In this document: positions 58,532 to 64,000 of the stretch, one piece after another
Layout of the letters: the number at the start of each line of letters is the position of its first letter
How positions within the stretch are numbered: position 1 is the stretch's first letter
Source: Heterodontus francisci
Lineage: Eukaryota
Reading direction: 5' to 3'
Length of the DNA: 64,000 nt
Assembly (NCBI RefSeq): GCF_036365525.1
Contig: NC_090374.1
Location: forward strand, 14,797,168-14,861,167
Made by a program: the position numbers and the translations under genes
The notes under the pieces: generated by a model
The model's input: the letters and a program-made list of their open reading frames with translations, nothing else
Database searches by the model: none
What the model was told of the DNA's origin: nothing

Positions 58532-58915
58532 AGGTTTCTGCTAATGGTTGGACAATGAGCGCTGCGGATGATGTGAGTGTTGAGGAAGGAGGGTCCGCTG
58601 TCTTGCCGTGTACTTTCACTCACCCACACACTGATCAGACGGTCACCGGCTCTGTGATATGGTACAAAGGCCGTTACAATGTTATTTTTAAGTGTATATA
58701 TTCTGGTCCGGGCCATTCACAGAGTGAGCTGTGTGAGAATGTGATACAGCAGGACGGCGGGAATCGATTCAGATTCGTGGGGAACTTCAGTAACAAAGAT
58801 GTCTCAATAATGATGGAGCGGCTGATCCGGGCGGACAGCGGTCCTTATCAGTGTCGTGTGGAGCTCACTGTTGGAAAATTTCAAACACAGAAACTAACGA
58901 GTCTGAGAGTGGAAG
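58532..58915 (+). CDS. SIGLEC15-like: Ig V-set exon (domain 1) of a Siglec-15-like sialic-acid-binding Ig lectin
   Basis: (CT)n..CACAG acceptor, G|GTGAG donor, phase 1/1, 384 bp, open; WTMS..V.VEEGGSAVLPCTFTHPH, VIW, FKC…SELC, RFRFVGN..NKDVSIMMERL, DSGPYQCRVEL match the Siglec-15 V-domain pattern including the Arg and extra Cys pair; orthology not established. Confidence 0.88.
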
Positions 58916-59999
58916 GTGAGGAACAATGTTCAGGGGCTGCAGCTGCCCCGATAGCTCAATGGCTAAAGGCTCCACCTGGTCTGGTCCTGAACCACATGGG
59001 TAAATAAACTCTCAGCAATCCCGGGCTTTGAAAGGGGAATATTGCCCGGGATTCCTGCTCCTGATCACTCTCCAGACACTCCTGCTGGAAGGTGTCTTAT
59101 TGGACATTGAATAAGACAATGGGCCAGCATGTGATGCTCTCCACAGTCAAATAGTCCATTGCCACTCATTGACCAGGCTTGTGCTGTAAGGAAGGCCATC
59201 TGGGTGAGATCAGTAATAATATTTTAGGATAATGAGCTATTTCAGTTTGGACATTGGGTAAGTGCAGCATGTCCATCTCAGTCTCAGTGCTGTAGGCCTG
59301 CAGTGTCCAGCTCAAAGCTGATTGGACCTGTTCCACCACTTCATATATTCTCAGTGGAGAATTGGCGGGTGGATCACAGGGAGACGATGTCAATTGGGTC
59401 ATTGCTGCTCAGCTCACACTTCAGGGCAGTACCGAGGGAGTGCTGCACTGGCTGAGGTGCCACTTTAACCTTCCTCCAGTGTTGCCCCTCAAATCGATTG
59501 AATCGTCTGGGCATTTCTGGGACCAATGGGAAATGATATTTAACCGAGACAAATGCAGTGTGATGCGGGTAGGTAGGATCAACACGGAATTCACTGAACA
59601 TTTACAGGGAATAATACAGAAAGTGGCTGAGAGAGAAAAGGATTGAGACTGTTAATGTACACACATCACTCAAAATTCACAACCAATGCAGTGAAGCCAT
59701 TGACAAAACAAACAGGGCATTGGGTTGTATTAACAAAACCATTCAGTACAAGTCAAACCACTTCCCACTTTCTGCTAGTCTGAGAAACGTCCCTGACCTC
59801 TTACCCTCTGTTTCCTGTTTTGTCACCATCTTTCAATCTGTTCTGCTACCCGGCCTCCTGAGCCCACAATCCCTGGGATCTCCACTGGCTGAGTACTACA
59901 CTGGGCAATGCCTCTACCTACTGGACCACAGGGAGAGCTCAGAACTGAAATAAATTAAAGTTCTCATCAAGACCTGGATTTTGCTGCCTCACTGTGTGG

Positions 60000-60178
60000 T
60001 GGAGGGAGGTTCAATTGAAACATTTAAAAGGGAATTAGATTGAAATAAAGGAAGAATGTGCAGGGTTTTGGGGAGAAGGCGGGGGGAATAGCAGGAAGTG
60101 AATTGCTCTTTCGGTGAGCCGGTGCAGACATGTTGGGCTGAATGGTCTCCTTCTGCAGTGTAACAATTCTGTGATCTG
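60000..60178 (+). mobile_element. CR1 3' end fragment (intronic)
   Basis: Reverse-complement match to 45890-46070. Confidence 0.7.
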
Positions 60179-60218
60179 TGAAGACACTGATCCATTCTAA
60201 TGTCTGTCCTTTCCTCAG

Positions 60219-60569
60219 CTGCTAGTGGAAATGTCTCAGTGGTGACTGGGACCGAGGGAGCTTCAGTTACATTGCCCTGTATGTTCACACCCAGGGAGCG
60301 CCGCACCCTGTCCACTGTTACATGGATGAGGAAGGAGCCCTACCAACACATAGTCACATTTAGAAACCAATCAAATGGATCTTGGACAACTGCAAATGGT
60401 GGAAATCGGGACGAGCTCATCGGGAATCCAAAGGAGGGAAACGCCTCAACCAGGATAAACCAGCTGAGTGTGAATGACAATCACACTTACCTGTGTCTGG
60501 TGGAATACACATTACGGTCCAATTATCAACATCTGATCCAGACTGAGACACAGCTGCTGGTTGTACATG
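60219..60569 (+). CDS. Second Ig V-set exon (domain 2) of the same gene
   Basis: ctttcctcAG acceptor, G|GTAAG donor, phase 1/1, 351 bp, open; GASVTLPCMF, VTWMRKEPY, GNPKEGNASTRINQL, DNHTYLCLVEY, TQLLV. Confidence 0.85.
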
Positions 60570-60645
60570 GTAAGAAACCATTCCCACATTCTCCAGTGTA
60601 TAGGGGTTGTACAGTGAGGGTGAGCAGTGTAATATAAAACACTCA

Positions 60646-60950
60646 TCAGCTGTGGCTCAGTGGTTATCATTCTCACCTCTGCGTCAGTCGGTTGTGGGTT
60701 CAAGACACTCCAATGCAATACTGATGGAATGTGACACTGTTTAAGGTACTGTGTATGAGAAGAGATATTAAAGTAAGGCCTTATCTGGAAGAGTATGGGA
60801 GTTGACCTAATGTCCTGGTCAATATTTATCTCTGAACCAACATCATCAAACCATAGTCTGATAATTATCTCATTGCTGTTTATGGGATCTTGCTGTGTGC
60901 AAATTATCTGCTGTGTATCCTGCATTAAAACAGTGACTACACTTCAAAAA
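60646..60950 (+). mobile_element. Deu-domain SINE, decayed
   Basis: cagctgtggctcagtgg…gggttcaag head; gtcctggtcaatatttatc…tgggatcttgctgtgtgcaaatt…cagtgactacacttcaaaa. Confidence 0.65.
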
Positions 60951-61242
60951 CAAAGTTCTGTCATTCACTGACTTCCTGGCTGACCTGCATCTTAACTCCA
61001 TTTAATGAACTTGTTTCTGGAACCCTTCCTACCCTTGTCTAACAAAATCTATCAATCTCAGTGTTGAAATTTTCAATAGATTCCCAGCATCAATAGCTTT
61101 TCCAGGGAGAGTTTCAGATTTCCATTATCCTTTGTGTGAAGAAGTCCTTCCTGACATCACCCCAAACAGCCTAGCTCTAATTTGAAGGTTATGGCCCCTT
61201 GTTCTGGACTCTCCCACCAGAGGAAATAGTTTCTCTCTATCT

Positions 61243-61665
61243 GTCCGGTGCCAGGGATCGGGACATCGGCTCAGGGCTGGAGAGGAACTTGCAGTGGGAG
61301 GGGGAGGATCCAGTTGTCATCATCCCCATGGGTACCAACAACGTATTTATAGAACCAGGAAAAAGGTTCTGCAAAGCGAGTATGAGCAGCTAGAAGCTAA
61401 ATTAAAAAGCAGGACCACAAAGGAAATAACCTCTGGGGTATTACCTGAGCCACGAGCATATTGGCGGAGGGTAAATAAGATTAGATAGTTAAATGCATCG
61501 CTCAAAGAGTGATGAGGGAGAACTGGGTTTTGATTTATGGGGCACTGGCACCTGTACTGGGGAATGTGGGAGCTGTACCGTTGGCACGGTCTTCATCTGA
61601 ACCATGTTGGGACCAGTGTTCTGTCGAGTCATATAACTAGGGCAGTAGAGAGGGCTTTTACACTA
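61243..61665 (+). mobile_element. CR1 ORF1 esterase fragment
   Basis: GARDRDI..EGEDPVV..GTNN; WHGLHLN. Confidence 0.75.
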
Positions 61666-64000
61666 AAAGGAAGGATGAATGAGAATGGACAGAGACTGCT
61701 TGAGTTGTGTACCTATCATAACCTCTGCATCACCAACTTGTTCTTTCACACTAAACCCTGTCACCAGGTTTCTTGGAGGCACCCAAGATCACGTCGTTGG
61801 CACCAGCTGGACCTCATCGTCACAAGGCGAGCCTCTCTAAACAGCGTTCAAATCACACGCAGCTTCCACAGTGCGGACTGCGACACCGACCACTCCCTGG
61901 TGTGCAGCAAAGTTAGACTCAAACCAAAAAAGCTGCATCACTCCAAGCAGTAGGGCCGCCCGCGCATCAACACGAGCAGAATTTCTTATCCACAGCTGTT
62001 ACATAAGTTTCTAAATTCACTTGAAAAAGCCCTTCAAAACACTCCCTCAGGGGATGCAGAGACCAAGTGGGCCCACATCAGAGACACCATCTATGACTCA
62101 GCAATGACCACCTATGGCAAACGTGTGAAGCAGAATGCAGACTGGTTTCAATCTCACTTTGAAGAGCTGGAACCTGTCATAGCCGCTAAGTGCATTGCAC
62201 TGCTGAACGACAAGAAAGCCCCCAGTGAGTTAACATCCGTAGCACTTAAAGCAGCCAGAAGCACTGCACAAAGAACAGTCAGGCGCTGCACAAATGACTA
62301 CTGGCAACACCTATGCAGTCATATTCAGCTGGCCTCTGACACCGGAAACATCAGAGGAATGTTTGATGGCATTAAGAGAGCTTTTGGGCCAACCATCAAG
62401 AAGATCGCCCCCCCTCAAATCTAAATCAGGGGACACAATCACTGACCAAGGCAAGCAAATGGACCGCTGGGTTGAGCACTACCGAGAGCTGTACCTCCAG
62501 GGAAAATGTTGTCACTGAGACCATCCTCAATGCAGCCCAGTCTCTGCCAGTCATGGATGAGCTGGATGTACAGCCATCAAAATCGGAACTCAGTGATGCC
62601 ATTGATCCTTTAGCCAACGGAAAAGCCCCTGGGAAGGACGGCATTACCCCTGAAATAATCAAGAGTGCCAAGACTGCTATACTTTCAGCACTGTACAAAC
62701 TGCTTTGCCTGTGCTGGGATGAGGGAGCAGTACCACATGACATGCGCGATGCCAATATCATCAACCTCTGTAAGAACAAAGGTGACCGCGGTGAATGCAA
62801 CAACTACTGTGAAATCTCCCTGCTCAGCATAGTGGGTAAAGTCTTCGCTCGAGTTGCTTTAAACAGGCTCCAGAAGCTGGCTGAGCGTGTCTACCCTGAG
62901 GCACAGTGTGGTTTTCGAGCAGAGAGATCCACCACTGACATGCTGTTCTCCCTTCGTCAGATACAGGAGAAATGCCGTGAACAACAGATGCCCCTCTACG
63001 TTGCTGTCATTGATCTCACCAAAGCCTTTGACCTCATCAGCAGACGTGGTCTCTTCAGACTACTAGAAAAGATCGGATGTCCACCAAAGCTACTAAATAT
63101 CATCACCTCATTCCATGACAATATGAAAGGCACAATTCAGCATAGCGGCGCCTCATCAGACCCCTTTCCTATCCTGAGTGGCGTGAAACAGGGCTGTGTT
63201 CTCGCACCCACACTGTTTGAGATCTTCTTCTCCCTGCTGCTCTCTCATGTGTTCAAGTCTTCAGAAGAAGGAATTTTCCTCCACGCAAGATCAGATGGCA
63301 GGTTGTTCAACCTTGCCCGTCTAAGAGCGAAGACCAAAGTACAGAAAGTCCTCATCAGGGAACTCCTCTTTGCTGACGATGCTGCTTTAACATCTCACAC
63401 GGAAGAGTGCCTGCAGAGTTTCATTGACAGGTTTGCGGCTGCCTGCAATGAATTTGGCCTAACCATCAGCCTCAAGAAAACGAACATCATGGGACAGGAC
63501 GTCAGAAATGCTCCATCCATCAATATCAGTGACCATGCTCTGGAAGTGGTTCAAGAGTTCACCTAGCTGGGCTCAACTATCACCAGTAACCTGTCTCTGG
63601 ATGCAGAAATCAACAAGCGCATGGGAAAGGCTTCCACTGCTATGTCCAGACTGGCCAAGAGAGTGTGGGAAAATGGCGCACTGACACGGAACACAAAAGT
63701 CCGAGTGTATCAAGCCTGTATCCTCAGTACCTTGCTCTACAGCAGCGAGGCCTGGACAAAGTATGTCAGCCAAGAGCGACGTCTCAATTCATTCCATCTT
63801 CACTGCCTCCGGAGAATCCTTGGCATCAGGTGGCAGGACCGTATCTCCAACACAGAAGTGTTCGAGGCGGCCAACATCCCCAGCTTGTACACACTACTGA
63901 GTCAGCGGTACTTGAGATGGCTTGGCCATGTGAGCCGCATGGAAGATGGCAGGATCCCAAAGGACACATTGTACAGCGAGCTCGTCACTGGTATCAGACC
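61666..64000 (+). mobile_element. RTE-clade LINE (EN C-terminus and RT), decayed; runs off the window
   Basis: NENGQRLLELC, SWRHPRSRRWHQLD, TDH; ORF 62472..63566 with QCGFR, DLTKAFD, GVKQGCVLAP, LLFADD. Confidence 0.9.

Noticed and set aside
58555-59007. V exon as an antigen-receptor (Ig/TCR/IgNAR) V segment
   Set aside because: No heptamer/nonamer RSS after the second Cys; the G strand is in the same exon and ends in a splice donor
61537-61953. Apparent esterase-endonuclease fusion ORF
   Set aside because: Chance in-frame junction of a CR1 ORF1 remnant with a 5'-truncated RTE; both decayed
61666-64000. Horizontal transfer of the RTE element
   Set aside because: Known for some RTE families but not assessable without cross-species searches

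Overview
Vertebrate nuclear DNA, most likely a cartilaginous fish (HE1/V-SINE-type and Deu-type SINEs, esterase-bearing CR1 LINEs). Most of the window is nested transposon sequence: CR1/L2-clade LINEs, two Tx1-clade (L1 superfamily) LINEs, Gmr1-type Gypsy LTR elements, a Penelope-like element, an RTE LINE and SINEs. One host gene is visible on the + strand: two phase-1 Ig V-set exons (58532-58915, 60219-60569). The first is strongly Siglec-15-like and keeps the essential Arg. A plausible phase-1 leader exon lies 31 kb upstream (27371-27431). The most striking observation is that both Tx1 elements, and possibly a third short T-tailed insert, sit in the same orientation at the same nucleotide (…TATCTAACCCC(C)G^TGCTGT…) of a ~67-71 bp satellite monomer, with ~9 bp degenerate target-site duplications. 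This suggests a satellite-targeting, sequence-specific Tx1 family. There is an assembly gap at 51950-52137. All calls are by eye; element boundaries are approximate unless a junction is quoted.
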